61,431 nt of DNA, filler included, from Choristocarpus tenellus KU-1152 (GCA_964200185.2; 12 parts of 12 records of this genome joined end to end with filler, not necessarily neighbours in it), one strand, 5' to 3'. Shown: positions 12,628 to 26,532, counted from the first letter of the whole stretch. The notes: generated by a model from the letters alone, not told the origin. Numbers and translations: made by a program.

Positions 12628-14173
12628 GTACAAAATCCTGTCCTACACCATCTGAATAATGGAATGGTAGCAGTGGGTGTCAAAAACTGTAGTCCTCCCT
12701 TATCTGTGGGTGTGCTGTAAAGCATAGAAATCATGTGGGATAATTCACAACTGAAAATGCCCACCGATCATCCCATTGATGCAGCCCCAACCACTCAGTC
12801 TCCATGTTATTGGAGATAGCTAGCTCCCACTCATTCCCTTTTGTGGGTTTCATCATCTTCAATGCCTTGTCAGCACTGGGCTGCCCCACCTGCACAGTAA
12901 TCCCCACATTCGTTGTTGAAGCGATGAATTAAGGTTCAGAGGGAGGGTAAAAGTTTGCAGTACGGAATGAAGAGTAGAGGGGCCGGGTTTGGGGAATGCC
13001 GTAACATTTTAATCATACTCAACCAGCGAAGGGTCCACTCTCTGGGGCGTACCACCTCCGCCCTGCAGTACTGGTGATGCTAACCTCAACCCATCACACC
13101 TCACGCTGATGTTCGATCATCATCCCCCCCCCCCCCTATATGATTAATCGNNNNNNNNNNNNNNNNNNNNNNNNNNNNNNNNNNNNNNNNNNNNTTAATT
13201 AATTAANNNNNNNNNNNNNNNNNNNNNNNNNNNNNNNNNNNNNNNNNNNNCCCCCCCCCCAGATACTCTGACCCATCATGGCATCCGTCCCTCTCAAATC
13301 AATGTATTTTATGCGTGTTTGATGGTTGTGGTATACCTTTTGAGTGTGGCTGTATTGTGATGAATGAGAGCCAGTTACGGTATTTAGAATGTATATAGAA
13401 CAGTCTTAGAACAGTCTTGTATCCTTGTAATATATTTGCAGAATGTATGTGTGCACTATTGTGTGAAAATGAAAAACACCCATACTTGGTTGTACTGAAC
13501 TCTAGTGTACTCTCAAGGGTTATCTATCTGATGGGGGGGGGGGATGGAGAAGAGAGGGGCGGGGAAGGAAAAGAACAGAAAAAATTCTACAGAATAGTTT
13601 TGTAGTGACCGACCCTCTGGGAACAATTTTTGAAGGAGAGAGAAGAAGGGGAAGAAGAAAAGCAAGGAACTACAGAGAAGATCTTCCGCTGAGTCAAGGG
13701 GTATTCATCAGACAAGATAGTTATGATGGTTGTTGACAAGATAGTTATGATGGTGCTGATTGATCGTTGGCGGGTTTGGTTACTTGGTCGAGGGCTTAGG
13801 TATGTTGTTTTTGTTCTGTCAAAGGTGTGTAGGGTACAGTTACAAACTGACTGTCATAGATGACTTTGTTGGAATGCCAGTCTGGTAGGAAGTTTGTTTA
13901 TTGTGTGAAACGTGCACTTATTGTACTTACTCTATCACATCAAAAGTCGTATCATGTCCCTTGTTGTGTTGGTCAGAGAGGTTGCTTGTGCTCCAATGTT
14001 TTATTGTTTTATTTAATTTTAGGGTTAGGGTGTACTACATCTCTGAAGAAAAGGTTTGTTGTGTTGTTGATTTGATCAAACGTCTCTAAATTTTTTTTAT
14101 TATCCTCACCGTTAATTTTTTTATGGTTATATTTATATTTTTGTTTTTGTTTTTTCAACCGAAATTATTTCAG

Positions 14174-15281
14174 CTGGGCAAGGATGTGCCGGACTCCAGC
14201 ATCATGGAACGTATTGATGGACAAAAGCCTGGGGAATGCTGCTCACTCATCTACACTAGCGGAACCACTGGACCTCCCAAGGCGGTCATGATCAGTCATG
14301 ACAACATCACCTGGACCACCACGGTGTGATACATAGATATACATAGATATGTGTGTTACGTTGTGTTGTGTTGTGTTGCCTTTTCTTGTCTTGTCTTGTG
14401 TTATGTTATGTTACGTCATGTCATATCATGTCTTATCATGTCTATGGAGTAGATGTGGTTAAACAAGGTAACCCTTTATTTTACTTCTATTTTATTTCTT
14501 TCAGTTGTAGGTGATCGATTTCAGTAAGTCTTTTTTTTTTTGTAGTGTTGAGGGAGGAAGTGAGGAGGAAGTAATTTGGTTTTGTTGTGATGTCTCGCTG
14601 ATGGTGGGTCATTATGTATATTTTTGGTGAATCCAGCCAGATTAATTATGTCCATGGCCGTCACTACTGCAATATATAATTTTTAATATATTTATCTACA
14701 TAGTCCAATCACCGGTCGGCCCTGTAGAATCGAGTTTGAACTTGGCCATGTTCATGTCCATGTCCATCAATGGTCTCTATGATGGATGTACTATGTGGAA
14801 GTGGAACTATCTGGCTTGGCGAATAACTCTGATTTTTTTTAGGGGTTTATTGTTCTTGGTTTTGTGAATTTTTATTTTTTGAAGCTGTACTCCTTTTACT
14901 TCTTCTAGTATCTGTATTTGCTGAATGGAATTGTTTGTATAGTTAGTATTTGTATTATTTCTTGTTTATTTTTTGTTGCAGGCCGATGCACTTGTTAGGG
15001 TTAGTGTTTATATTATAGTTTAATGTCATCTCAGATGTAATGTTTGTTAGGGTTAGGGTTAGTGTTTATATTATAGTTTAATATCATCTCATCTCAAATG
15101 TAATGTTTGTTTCCGTTGATATTTATTTATATTACGTTTTGCGTTTAAAAAAAAATAATGTTTTGAATAACTGTTCTGTTTATTTTGTATTCTTTTTGAC
15201 CAGGTTCTGATGGACCAGTATCCGTTTGACTGCCACGAGAGGTTTGTATCGTACCTTCCTCTCAGTCACATCGCAGCTCAG
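14174..15281 (+). CDS. Long-chain acyl-CoA synthetase (ACSBG/bubblegum-like), two internal exons
   Basis: Exon 14174-14323 (QKPGECCSLIYTSGTTGPPKAVMISHDNITW, AMP-binding signature) and exon 15204-15281 (ERFVSYLPLSHIAAQ); canonical GT-AG, phase 0. Confidence 0.92.
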
Positions 15282-16668
15282 GTGAAGTAAAGATTATTAC
15301 TAACCCTAACCCTAATCCCGATCCTGAGTGCATTCTATAATTGGACTGTTTTTGGCGGTGGCCTTAAAGTCACCTTGTTAATGGTATGAATTATAGTAGT
15401 AGATTTAGTGGGATGGACAGCTGGCGATAATAAGTTAGGTAAGCAAAAGGATGACAGTGGTGGTAGGTAAGCAGTTTCGACTAAAAATATTGAATATTGA
15501 ATATTGAACATGATGAAATGAGTAATGCAACCAACTTTTGTCTTCAAACAATGTCAATGAGATGAAGAGATGTGTTTGTTATCTGAAAGTATATGAGAGG
15601 GCATAAAGATGATCAACATTTTAGGGTTTTGAGTATGAGTAATACCTTGATTAAATTAGCAAATTAGCGAATCTTGTAGGTCTAGAACAGGGTGTCCATG
15701 TTTGTGCACGTCTAGAACAAGGTTCTCCTTGGATGTTTGTTGGATTGGCCATGAGAGTGATCACTTGATATTTGGTGCATTGAATGTATTGAATGATTTT
15801 CACAAGAAGAGGTGCTGAGTTTTTTGGGGGGGGGTTGATGGGTATGCTTTGATGGTTTGAGGGTACACCCTCAACGATGTAAATTGGACCTGTTTACACT
15901 GTAGTTTCTAGATTTTTCTTCCTTTTTGGACTGATTTTTTTATTTTTTATGTAGTCGTGAACTCGTAGGAAAGTTTTGGTGTAAGATGAAGACACGGCAA
16001 TTGTATGTATGAGGTATGAGGTATGAGGTGCTTAAGAATCTGGTTACACCTTGTGAATTGAGCATGGATTGTTGGCAGGAGTGGTAAGCCCTAACCCTTG
16101 ACAATGCGATGGATACTTTGCAAGTGTAGTAGAAAGTAAGCATGTCAAAAAATGACTGGTAAGTACAACAATAATAAGTCTACCTCTAATAAGTCTACCT
16201 CTTGCCCCCCCGTCCCCCGCCCCCCCTCCTCACACCCCCTTTCCCATCCCATCCCATCCCNNNNNNNNNNNNNNNNNNNNNNNNNNNNNNNNNNNNNNNN
16301 NNNNTTAATTAATTAANNNNNNNNNNNNNNNNNNNNNNNNNNNNNNNNNNNNNNNNNNNNTTGGTTTGTTGTTGCTGGTGGTTGGGAGGGGGGGGGTTGG
16401 GTGGTGGGGGGGGGGGGGGGTGGAGCACGAAGAGGTGCAGGGGACGTAACATTGTCAACACACAATAAAGGAAAGTTATTATGCTGCTGATGTGATACCC
16501 CTCACAGCTGACAACCCCAACATTGACATTCCCCCTCCTCCGTTTCTGTGATGGAACATTTGGAACTTATTGTGTCGTTGGATGTGTAACCAATTTCTTA
16601 ATGTGGGGAGTAGCTCACAGTTCCCCCCCTCCCCCCCTCACTGATTCGCAACTATTGGTGTGTGACAG

Positions 16669-19600
16669 GTCTTGAGGGTTCAGCCTACGTACCCATTGAC
16701 AGCAGGCTTGAGCGGCAAGAAGCTCCAGATGGTTCTTGGGGGGGCAATGGACAGTCTTCGAGGCATGCCTTTCCCATCATGGCTGGAGGAGGATACACTG
16801 GAGAAGAAGGGGTGGCCAAGCTTTGAGGAGGCGTTGTGGGCGGTGCACAACCCACAAGAGGTGGTGAGTTGAGTTGAGTTGAGTTGAGTTGAGTTGAGGG
16901 GGTAAGGAAGGTAGTAAGGTGGTTTTGAGTGGGTATAGTGGTTGGGTATTATGGTGGAGAGAGATGCTCAAAGGAAGAGGGAGGGGTGAATATTAGGGAG
17001 AGCAAGAGTTAGGGTGGGAGGGGCAAGGGAGGGGTTGAGAGGGCAATTTTTTTTTTAGAGCACTATGCATTAGCTGAGTCATGACCTGGCAGATTGGTGT
17101 CCTAGGGATCTTACTAGTAGAAATGATCAACTACGTGCAAGAGTATCTGCAGGCTGAGTTGTTTACATAATTCAGGGTTTTGTTCGTGTGTGGGTGGTGG
17201 TCTATCCCCCCCCCCCTCCCTCCCCCCTCCTTTCTGACCCTCTGTGTGACTTACACTGCCTGCATGGTTGTCAACCTGTCTCCCCTGTCTCCAGGACGAC
17301 CTGTCGCTCCAATCGCCTGCCCGTAGCAGACTTGCCTTTGATGAGCTCTTGGGCAGTCAGGTGGTGCTGGCCCTCAGAAGGCGGTTCATGCGTTCCCAGC
17401 AGCGGACAAATTTGGGAGTATCCTCAGAGCCTGATGTTGGCACTGAGGCACGTGGGGCAGGGGCTAATAATGCTTCTGTGGTGAGGGCTGATGTTGGGGC
17501 TGTGTCAGGGGATGAAAAAGGTCTTTTGGAGAAAGGCTTGCACAAGCTTCCTTTTGAGTTGACAGAGGAGCAGAGGCGAGGTAAGGATGATATTGCTCAT
17601 CTTGATGAGAGCTTTGGTGAGCGATGTTTTTTGGGGGGAGCAGTAGAGGATTGGTGTGGATAGTACTGCTGGGTTGTAGACAACGGTGCTAATATAGGCA
17701 ATCGATTTTATAGACTGTTTATGTCTCCTGGATGAAGTGTTTGTAAACCTTTCAAGAGGTCTTATAAAGAGAATCAGTTGGTGTGTTGGTTTGGTTTAGT
17801 CTCTGAACAGTGTTATATTTTTTTTTGTGGTGAGGGTGTTGGTAGAGAAAAAGGGACCTTGAAGCCTTTTCAGGTCCTGAGAACGCGAGGTGCCCTATAT
17901 GCATAGACGTTAGACATTGTATCCTGTTTAAACTAGAAAAATACACTTCCACATTGGGATGTGGAGATTGATTCTGAGACAGCGTTTGACTATTTCTGGA
18001 GTGACAACTTCACCTAGGCATGAAGCATAGTGCTAGCTGTAGGAATACACATGCTGTGTAGTTAGATTTGAAGTTGTAGGGTCATTGTCAAACTTTGGTG
18101 AGACATGTTGGTTAGCACTGTTCAATCTGCAAACGTACTAGTGTCTTTTGCGTGGACTTTGGAGCAATAAAAGGAGGTTGGGAGTGTGGGTTAGTGTTAG
18201 GGGGTTATGTGTCTTGAGAGTATGCCAGTGTTTTAGGTGTTTGTGCAGCATTGAATGGGGGAAGGCTTAGGGTAGCATGATGCAATATTTGTTCTGCTCC
18301 TTTTTCTGAGTTGACCATTCACCTGAAGGTTCTGGTGTGTTTACCATGATGCCACATACAGAAAATTTAGATGTTTGGCGTGTCCTCATCATCACATCCT
18401 ATTCGCCTCCTTCATTGTCTTCGCCACTCTTCCCTCTCATCCCTGCCTCTCATCCCTGCCCTCACCCCCCCTAGGCTACATGTCTAGTAATGGTGTCCAT
18501 ATTCTCTGCCCCTAAACCCATCTGAAACTGCTTTTCCCCTTGCTCTCCCCTACCCCAACCCGCAAATTTAGGGTTAGCCTGTTAAACATTCAATCTGTTG
18601 AGTCTTAGGGGGAGGGGGGGGGGGTCATAAGCCGTTTTTTGCGATGTATCTGTCCCTGACCCTCTTCCACTCCTGTATTTTCCCTCACATTCCACCTTCA
18701 GCGCTTGGGGAGATTCTATCAGACATGAGTCAGGGCTGGCGAATGTTTCGGCTCCTCCAGGGTGATGTGGGTTCTGGGAAGACTGCAGTTGCATTCCTGG
18801 GAATGCTCGCTGCGGCGGATGGAGGGGCACAATCCTGCTTGCTGGCGCCAACTGAGGTCCTGGCTGTTCAGCACCTTGATGTGAGCGAGACATTTTCTGT
18901 CTATTGTGAGGTGCTTTTTTTGTATGAAGTTCAGACGTAGTCAGAAGTAGTCGAGTGTTAAGGAGAATCGGAAGGGTTAGGGTTAGGGTTAGGAAGGGAG
19001 AGGAAGAGGTGGAATGGAGGGGAATGCTTGTGAGGCTGTATGCTGAACGTGAGGCTCATGGTTCTCAGATGTTTTTTTTTTCTTGTGTTGCCCTCTTTCA
19101 GGGGGCATAAAAAAAGGCTTTGTTTTCAGTGGTGTGTGTGAGATGCTTTGTTATGATTTTATTGGGTATATCCTTATCAAAGTCCTCTTGTGTGCCATGA
19201 TTGTGTTTTGATACTATTCTGCCTGTTGTCCTGTGTTGTTGTTTGTTAGTCCTGTCACAAGATGTTTCCTTTGCTGCCCTTTCAGCATATCGCTCCATGC
19301 TCAGTATTGTGAAATTGATTTTTTTCTCAGGGCCGGCGTGGTAATGCCCTCTGTTTGTTTGGTGTCCTATGGTACACCCCTCCTGTGTAGCACCCCATTT
19401 TACTTTGTACCTTATCTTGACGTATACCTTTTTTCTGTTGATCAGCACTGATGTGTCCTAACCTTTCATCTCACGTACCTCCCAACCCTTTTATCTGGTG
19501 TGTTTGATGCATGTATTATATGTTGTACCTTTTTGCTCAATGATTGTTACCAATATTCACCAAAGACCTTGAAGTCTATGGCTGCTGGCCTTTGTAGGGC

Positions 19601-21645
19601 TGATGGGGAGCCCCTGAGAGTTGACTTGTTGACAGCAGCAGTCAAGGGGAGTGCAAGGACCAGGCTACTCAAGGACCTGGAGCAGGGCAAGGTAAAGACA
19701 TTTTTTTTTCTGGCTTGCTAAAAAGGTTCACCAGAAGTGTGGCTTTGTTGCTGACCATTCAGGTGTATTTGAGAAGGAGGCGAGAGAATACATTGCTATC
19801 TTTTATTGACTATTGGATAGATGGGTGCAGAGAACTGGGTGGGTGGGGGGGCATAATGCAGGGGAGGAGTTGCCTTCAATCTAGGACCCCATTAGTTGAG
19901 AACTTTGCAGATTTGTTGGTGAATTTTGTTCTTACTTTTGCGGTGTATTTGGGTTTAGGGTTAGGGTTGTTACCATAGATACAGTGAATTGCAAGCAAGT
20001 TCTTTTCCCCCTGTTGTATCGTATGCTGCCTCTGTTATGTATTCCTCTGATCCCTGAAACAGGTCGACATCCTGGTTGGCACTCACGCTGTGTTGACGAA
20101 GAGCTCTTCTATGTTCCGTGACCTTGGACTGGCGGTGGTGGATGAGGAGCAGCGATTCGGTGTGGATCAGAGGGAACAGCTGACCAGTAAGAGGAACACT
20201 TGTGATTTCAATAAACTGTGCTGATACATACATATGTATGTATGTATGTACATATATATATTGACATAATACTTTGAGCAGTAGAGAAATGCTCTTTTAT
20301 TTTTATTTTTCTTGTCATACACGGCACTGTTCTCTACCAACTCCCCTCATGCCTCCCTCCCAACGGTCCCTTTCTTCTGCGCCTGGAAATTATTTATAGA
20401 ATTTTCCCAGCATGTCCTCTACCTCTCGGCCACACCCATTCCCAGGAGCCTAACCCTTGCCATGTACGGTGACATGGAGGTGAGGTACGGGGGGGGGTTG
20501 AGTGTGTGAAGGACACTGATGAAGGGTTTGTTTTGGTGTTGATAGAAGAATGGCTGTCGCCTGCAGTGGAGTTTTACAAGGTCTTCCTGTGATTTTGTGG
20601 GTCTTTCTTAGGTTGCCTCTTTTTCATGATACCTCTTGCTTGCTTGCTACCTTTTGGGGGTTTTGCTGAACCCCTTTGTGTCCGTAGTTCTCACTGAGAA
20701 GAGAGGATCACTATATTCTATTGATAGTTGTGGGATTTCATGTTGCTTGTCTTTTGATTGTCTTCTTCTTCTGGTTGGACTCTTTTGTTGTGCAAGAGTA
20801 GGTGAGTCAGCTGCGGGAAATGCCCAAAGGATCTGCGGAGATAGAGACCAGTCTAGTTCCGGTGGGACGTGCTGATGATATCGTCAAGCGTTTGCAGGAG
20901 AACAACAAGGACAAGGTACCTACGTGTGCTGGTATGTTTGTAAGCTTAGATTGTGGGTAGGAGGGTGACAGCTGGATGTGTGAAATTTACGACTTGGATT
21001 TTTTTTTTTTAACGGAACATTTGCTATTATGATGAGGGCATTTTGTTATTTTTTTCCTTAAATGCTCTCTCTGTTAGCATCATTTTGAACAGTAGTTTGC
21101 ATGGATAAGATTAAAAAAATGTTTTAACTAGTACTGAACAGAGGAAGGATATATATATATATTATTTTTTTCCATTCATTATTTTGGTTGTCACCTTGCC
21201 ACTAGTTCTGGCTCACTATTGTTGTTTATGATCTCCCACCCAAGAACAAATTGAATTATGGAGGGTACAAACTGACTCGAAAAAGCTACTGACCAAAATG
21301 TTTTGTGCAATCCCTGCTCTGGAGCCTGGTCCTTGCACCCTTGAGTGTGTATAGAAACAGGGTTGGATATGGAGATGTGTATTGAAATGGGCCTTGTCAT
21401 CAAGGGTCTCTTTTCTATTTTATTTTATTTGTAGAGCTACTGTGTATATTAGTGAGAGCTGCTCTCAAGATCTTGTTTTCCCTTCTACTTCAGAATATTC
21501 ATGTGTTTGCTTTGCTGCCTCTATAATGTGGAAAGGTGTTCTGGGTGCTGCCGCAGATTGCCCCCTCTGCCTCTGATCGAAGACAGCACCTTGGATCTGC
21601 TACAGAGCGGTATGAGATGCTCAGGGAGGCTCTGGGTGATGACTG
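16669..21645 (+). CDS. recG: ATP-dependent DNA helicase RecG (probably organellar); partial, 8 exons
   Basis: Exons 16669-16863, 17295-17580, 18702-18880, 19566-19691, 20063-20186, 20400-20479, 20802-20915 and 21536-21645, all phase-consistent. Motifs: PTYPLTAGLS, HNP, RLAFDEL, LPFELTEEQ, RLLQGDVGSGKT, LAPTEVLAVQH, VGTHA, LGLAVVDEEQRFGV, SATPIPRSL, VFWVLPQI. Confidence 0.93.
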
Positions 21646-22070
21646 GTAAGGCTCAGTTGAAGGATAAGGATATTACGCAGTCTGGAAGTGGAAGCCCATG
21701 GGGGATGAGGGTGGAGGCCAGCTGGCTGGAGATTGTTTTTTTTTAGGACTGCTCTGATTTGCAGGACGCCACCCTTTATTTGTCTGTTTACATTAGTAGG
21801 GTTAGGGTTAGAGGGTATTTGTACTTCCGTAATAGGTCAACAGAGAGTTCACATTCAGAACAAGAGCACTGACACCCGAGTACCTTGGATATATACTGGT
21901 TTTGCGACCCTCTTGTTTGCTGGGGTGAGAGTTAATGTTTTTGTTAGGGTTAGGGTATGGGATAGAGTCGTAGTGTGTTCCTGATTTGGAGATCAAGACC
22001 TTGCATGAACAGGTGCAGGATGATAAACACCTGTCTATTCTCATGTAAGGCTGATGCAAAATATTGGTGT

Positions 22071-22168
22071 GAGTGTCAAAGTATTTGGGGGGAGGGGGGG
22101 GGGGGGGGGGGTGGGGGGGCGTCCGTTTTGGTCAAAAAACGTTTTTTTTTGCTGGCATTTCAAAACCA
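22071..22168 (+). mobile_element. Truncated MITE family A-like left end at contig end
   Basis: TCAAAGTATTTGGGG-(G)n-GTCCGTTTTG, matching the starts of the copies at 39139 and 40841. Confidence 0.6.
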
Positions 22169-23039
22169 NNNNNNNNNNNNNNNNNNNNNNNNNNNNNNNN
22201 NNNNNNNNNNNNTTAATTAATTAANNNNNNNNNNNNNNNNNNNNNNNNNNNNNNNNNNNNNNNNNNNNCCCCCCCAGATACTTTGGGTCTCTGTCAAATA
22301 ATTAGTGGTACGTTTAGTGTCAGTTGCTTGTGGAATATTTCAGTGTCAATTGTGGCAGATTTAGTAACGACAAAGTAATCGAGAAGTGCCCAGCGTTGGA
22401 TTTTTGAGGACAGTGACAAATGTGTGCATAAATTGTTCTATTCATAAATTGTTCTATTCATAAATTGTTCTTATTGGATATTTTCTGAATTGTGTCGAAT
22501 TTTTTTACACAACAGAGAGAAATCGACGTTCTCAAGCCAAACTTGGCATTTCATCCATAGAAGTGGAATTGTGGGTGAATTGCAAAAGGATAAAAAAAAG
22601 TGGCTTAAAATGCAAAGCGGCCGAAATCCGGGTACATCTCTTTACTTTGACTCACTAGAGGTAGTTCTTCCAGTTGCTGGACACCTACCTGCATGGGATG
22701 GGCACAATGGTACATTGCATAGTACACACTGCCAAAAAAGAAGTAGACTGAGAGAGTCAAGGAGGAACAACCTTTGTCATGTTTAGTGCTGCAAGACCAT
22801 GCAATGGAGTACACTCTCTTGAACACAGAGCCAGGCGACACCAGGTACCTTCTTGCGAATCAGATCCATTTCAGACACGGGTACACATAAGGGTGCTGAG
22901 TCATAGAGTCATAGGGTTAGGGCTAGGGGTATGAGAAGAAGAAGAAAATAGTTTCAAAATGAGAGAAGAGTTCGTACCTCACACTCAACCAATAGCGTGC
23001 ACCCACTGACTAGTATTAACCGGTAGTATTTCCAATCTT

Positions 23040-23375
23040 AGTAATATCATTATTATTATCCATATCACTAATAGTATCAGTATCATTATTAGTGTCATTT
23101 ATCATTGTTAGTGTTGGTATGATGATTAGTATCAGTATCATTATCAATATCAATATCATTATCATTGTCAGTATCATTATTAGTATCAGAATCATCACCA
23201 TTATCATTATCATCATCACTATCATTAGTAGTAATATCAGTATGACTATTTGTATCATTAACAGCATCATTATCAGCATCATTAGCATTATCATTATCAA
23301 TATCATCATCAATATCATTATCAATATCATTATCAGTATCATTATCAGTATCAGCAACATACTATTGATACTTTT
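23040..23375. repeat. Degenerate (ATC/ATT/AGT)n trinucleotide-derived low-complexity tract
   Basis: Seen directly; gives the poly-Ile/Met pseudo-ORFs. Confidence 0.9.
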
Positions 23376-23615
23376 TTTAACTCCTTACTATGAGTATTAT
23401 GATATTTATTCTATTTTTTGTTAAAATCTTTACCGCTCCGTAATTCCATACCAAATACCTTTAGCACTACCAAAATCGCACTGACCAAATCAATTCCCTT
23501 TTATTTTTTTATCAAAGAGTAATTTAAGATAGGAATTGAAACCTCGTGATCAAAAAACAAATAAGAAATCCCCATCATATATGCCAAACAATCTACTTTA
23601 AACTTTCTCAAGAAG

Positions 23616-23918
23616 GCACTCGTCAGTGTGTCCTATCCTCACGACCTCCTTCCATTACTCCGGCCCTTCAGGCACCACCTTGCCTGGCGTGCTTTGCAAA
23701 CACACTTTGATTCGGTCAAGTACTTCGAAACTTATAGAGCCGGTTTCTCTTATTCTTTTTTTGTCCACATCTCTATGATTTTCCCACCCTGTCCTTCTCA
23801 GGTGGTGAACGAAGTGAAGGAGAAAAAAATGGAAACTATGAAGTCCATCAAACGCCTCCAAAGGCAAAAGGAACTCCTCAGCAAGAAGCAGCGGCATGCC
23901 AAGGGGGAGTATGACAAG
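23616..23918 (+). CDS. Two exons of an unknown, probably coiled-coil, protein
   Basis: Candidate exons 23616-23714 (ALVSVSYPHDLLPLLRPFRHHLAWRALQTHFDS) and 23802-23918 (VVNEVKEKKMETMKSIKRLQRQKELLSKKQRHAKGEYDK) have AG/GT ends in phase 0; no family recognised. Confidence 0.5.
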
Positions 23919-24120
23919 GTGCATGCAGAGTAGATCTAACCCTAACCCTAACCCTATGTATGACAAGGTGCATACGGAGCAACTCTACCCCTAATCCTAA
24001 CCCTAACCCTAACCCTGAGTATGACAAGGTGCATACGGAGTAGATCTAACCCTAACCCTAACCCTAAGTATGACAAGGTGCATACGGAGTAGCTCTAGCT
24101 CTAACCCTAACCCTAACTCT
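23909..24120. repeat. Tandem array (4 units, periods 49/61/49 bp) of a putative splice donor plus (CCCTAA)n
   Basis: GTATGACAAG|GTGCAT recurs at 23909, 23958, 24019 and 24068, each followed by 2-5 telomeric units. Confidence 0.92.
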
Positions 24121-24900
24121 CCCCACCTGCGTAGCATGCTCCTTGAGGATTTTTGGGGATTATCATTATCAGTCTACGTAACGGGTTGAAGGTAGGTCAG
24201 TCTCACCGAGGGCGAGGGGAAGATGTTGCAAGTAGCTCAAATATGTTCGAAGTATTTTTGTAGAAACAGTGTGCAATGACAGGCCTTCCAAGGTGTTCCA
24301 TCTTTCAATCCCTGCACACTGCTTGTGGTATGAAGATAATCCGTAAACTCTGTATGAAACCCTGAAATGTATGTTTCTTATTTTATTGGTAGAAAAGTAC
24401 AAAAAATGAGGTTTTAATGCAGTGCAGTCACTTCTCTTGCACGGTGGTTGTACCTACTGCTATACCTACTACTACTATACTGAAGTGAGGAGAATGTGGA
24501 GGGGAATAGATGACCTTTGGCCAAGAGCAAGACTTGTGATATGGGTTGCTCTGGTAGTTCCAGGCTAATTGAACTTCAAGGTTGACCCGAATGTCAAATA
24601 AAGCTTATGTATTTATTATGGGACACGGAAACAGCCAAGTCAATTGATTGCTACTCCAGAGTACTCGTAAAAAATAATTTAAAATCCAGCAACATCAGTA
24701 GCGGCAGTAATGGCAAGGAGAACACGAGAAAGAGCAAAGTCAAGATGTCACACTGAAACTGTCAAGATGTCACACTGAAACAACATACCTATTAAACATA
24801 CCTACTCCCATACAGGGCCAGACATTAAATGGTTGGGTTGCTACCTGATGTAGTCTTGTATTAATTCACTACCTCATTTTTTGCATGTTCAATGGGAAAA

Positions 24901-24939
<39 letters not shown>

Positions 24940-25440
24940 GAGGTGCTATAAGTTAGGGTGTGCAGTACCACTTGCACTGGGAAAGGAGGGACTCGATTTG
25001 AAGGTGTGTGCATGTCATCGATCACAATGTAGGAGATGCTTCTGTAGGTACCAGAAATAAACAAACATCCGTTGATTTGGAGGAGAAGAATTCTTCTTGG
25101 ATGCAGCTTGTACCACTGGCTATGATGCCTACTGCACCCACTAAATTGCAACCAGTTGATCGACTTCTTAAGGTTGACTTGGCATTCTAGCATTGTACCC
25201 TATGAGGACAGGTCATAAAAAAACACTTGAACCCCAAGTACTACCCAAGTTAGTTGGGCTCGAATGAAGACAAAACGAAAATGCTCTTGTAATGTCTATT
25301 TTTCTTTAGTGAAAATCGAGTTGTCCTTTGACAATTATATTTACTAAAAGAAAGATAAAATTATGAAGTCTTATCACAGAAAAACAAATACAATACAAAT
25401 ACTTTGAAGAGCAAGAGCAGATTGGTGCAGGACTTGATTT

Positions 25441-25580
25441 GTGTACAAGAAAGATAGTACTTGATAGTGTGTACAAGATAGATAGTATTTGATAGTGTGT
25501 ACAAGAAAGATAGTACTTGATAGTGTGTACAGGAAAGATAGTACTTGATAGTGTGTACAAGATAGATAATATTTGATAGT
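25441..25580. repeat. About 28-bp minisatellite (GTGTACAAGAAAGATAGTACTTGATAGT)n
   Basis: About 5 units seen directly. Confidence 0.92.
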
Positions 25581-26298
25581 ATGGAGTACGTGTACAAGGA
25601 AGCATGCCCCGCTGAGTCCTTAGATCTTCGCTTGTTCACAAAAAGAGACAATTTCAAAAGGGTGTGTGGACACACCTTGATACATATTACAAAGTAAAGT
25701 ACAAAGCTGGCAGCTCTGCCTGAATACTGCATCAGGTTACAATATATGCAATAGCTGTTGAAAAAGACATGGAAAGGAGGGTACACCTAGTTACCCCAGG
25801 GGAGTTGTTGCCGTTTATTGTACTCTCTCCCCTCCATTGTCTTCTCAAGCGGAAACTAGATTTCAGTGTGTGTAGCCTATGAAGATGAATGTAAAGAGAC
25901 AATTTCTATATCGGATACGTACAAAAGGGAAGATGCTATCAGGAATATATATATATATATATTTATGTCTTACATACTTCAAATTTGGTAATGGAATCTT
26001 TTTCCCCAACACCCAGTCGAGCACTATTTTATAAAATGAGATCTTCAATTGTGACTCTACCTATGTAGAGAGATCTCCAACAAATAGGGTGTGAAACTTC
26101 TCCCCAACTCGAGATGATTTTGTTGGAGTCAGAGACCACCAGTTTCTCGAAATAAAAATATCTGATTCGATACGGTACGTTTGATTGGGAACTTTGATAG
26201 GGAACTTTGATGGACGAATGGACTGACGGAGGGGCAACAAATACACCGAACGACTTACTTACTGCTGGACAGTACCTCAAACGTTGCTGACTTGGGGC

Positions 26299-26327
26299 CG
26301 AAGTATCTTAGAGGGTAGCACCGCGTC
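26299..26327 (+). mobile_element. MITE family B terminal fragment at contig end
   Basis: AAGTATCTTAGAGGGTAG...CGCGTC matches 43536-43562. Confidence 0.6.
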
Positions 26328-26532
26328 NNNNNNNNNNNNNNNNNNNNNNNNNNNNNNNNNNNNNNNNNNNNTTAATTAATTAANNNNNNNNNNNNNNNNN
26401 NNNNNNNNNNNNNNNNNNNNNNNNNNNATGGTACTGAATACCAAACATTTATCTTTGATTTGCTAACCACAGAAGCCAGATTATATGGAAATAAAGATAC
26501 ATCAGAAGAAATTAACACCATCGTCCCACCAT

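Noticed and set aside
16669-21645. Bacterial contamination or an Mfd call for the helicase
   Set aside because: Seven canonical spliceosomal introns and RecG-specific upstream motifs
23016-23424. Hydrophobic poly-Ile/Met ORFs
   Set aside because: Trinucleotide low-complexity DNA
23909-24120. Repeat-spacer-like look (CRISPR)
   Set aside because: The intervening parts are telomeric repeats, not unique spacers; eukaryotic context with no cas genes
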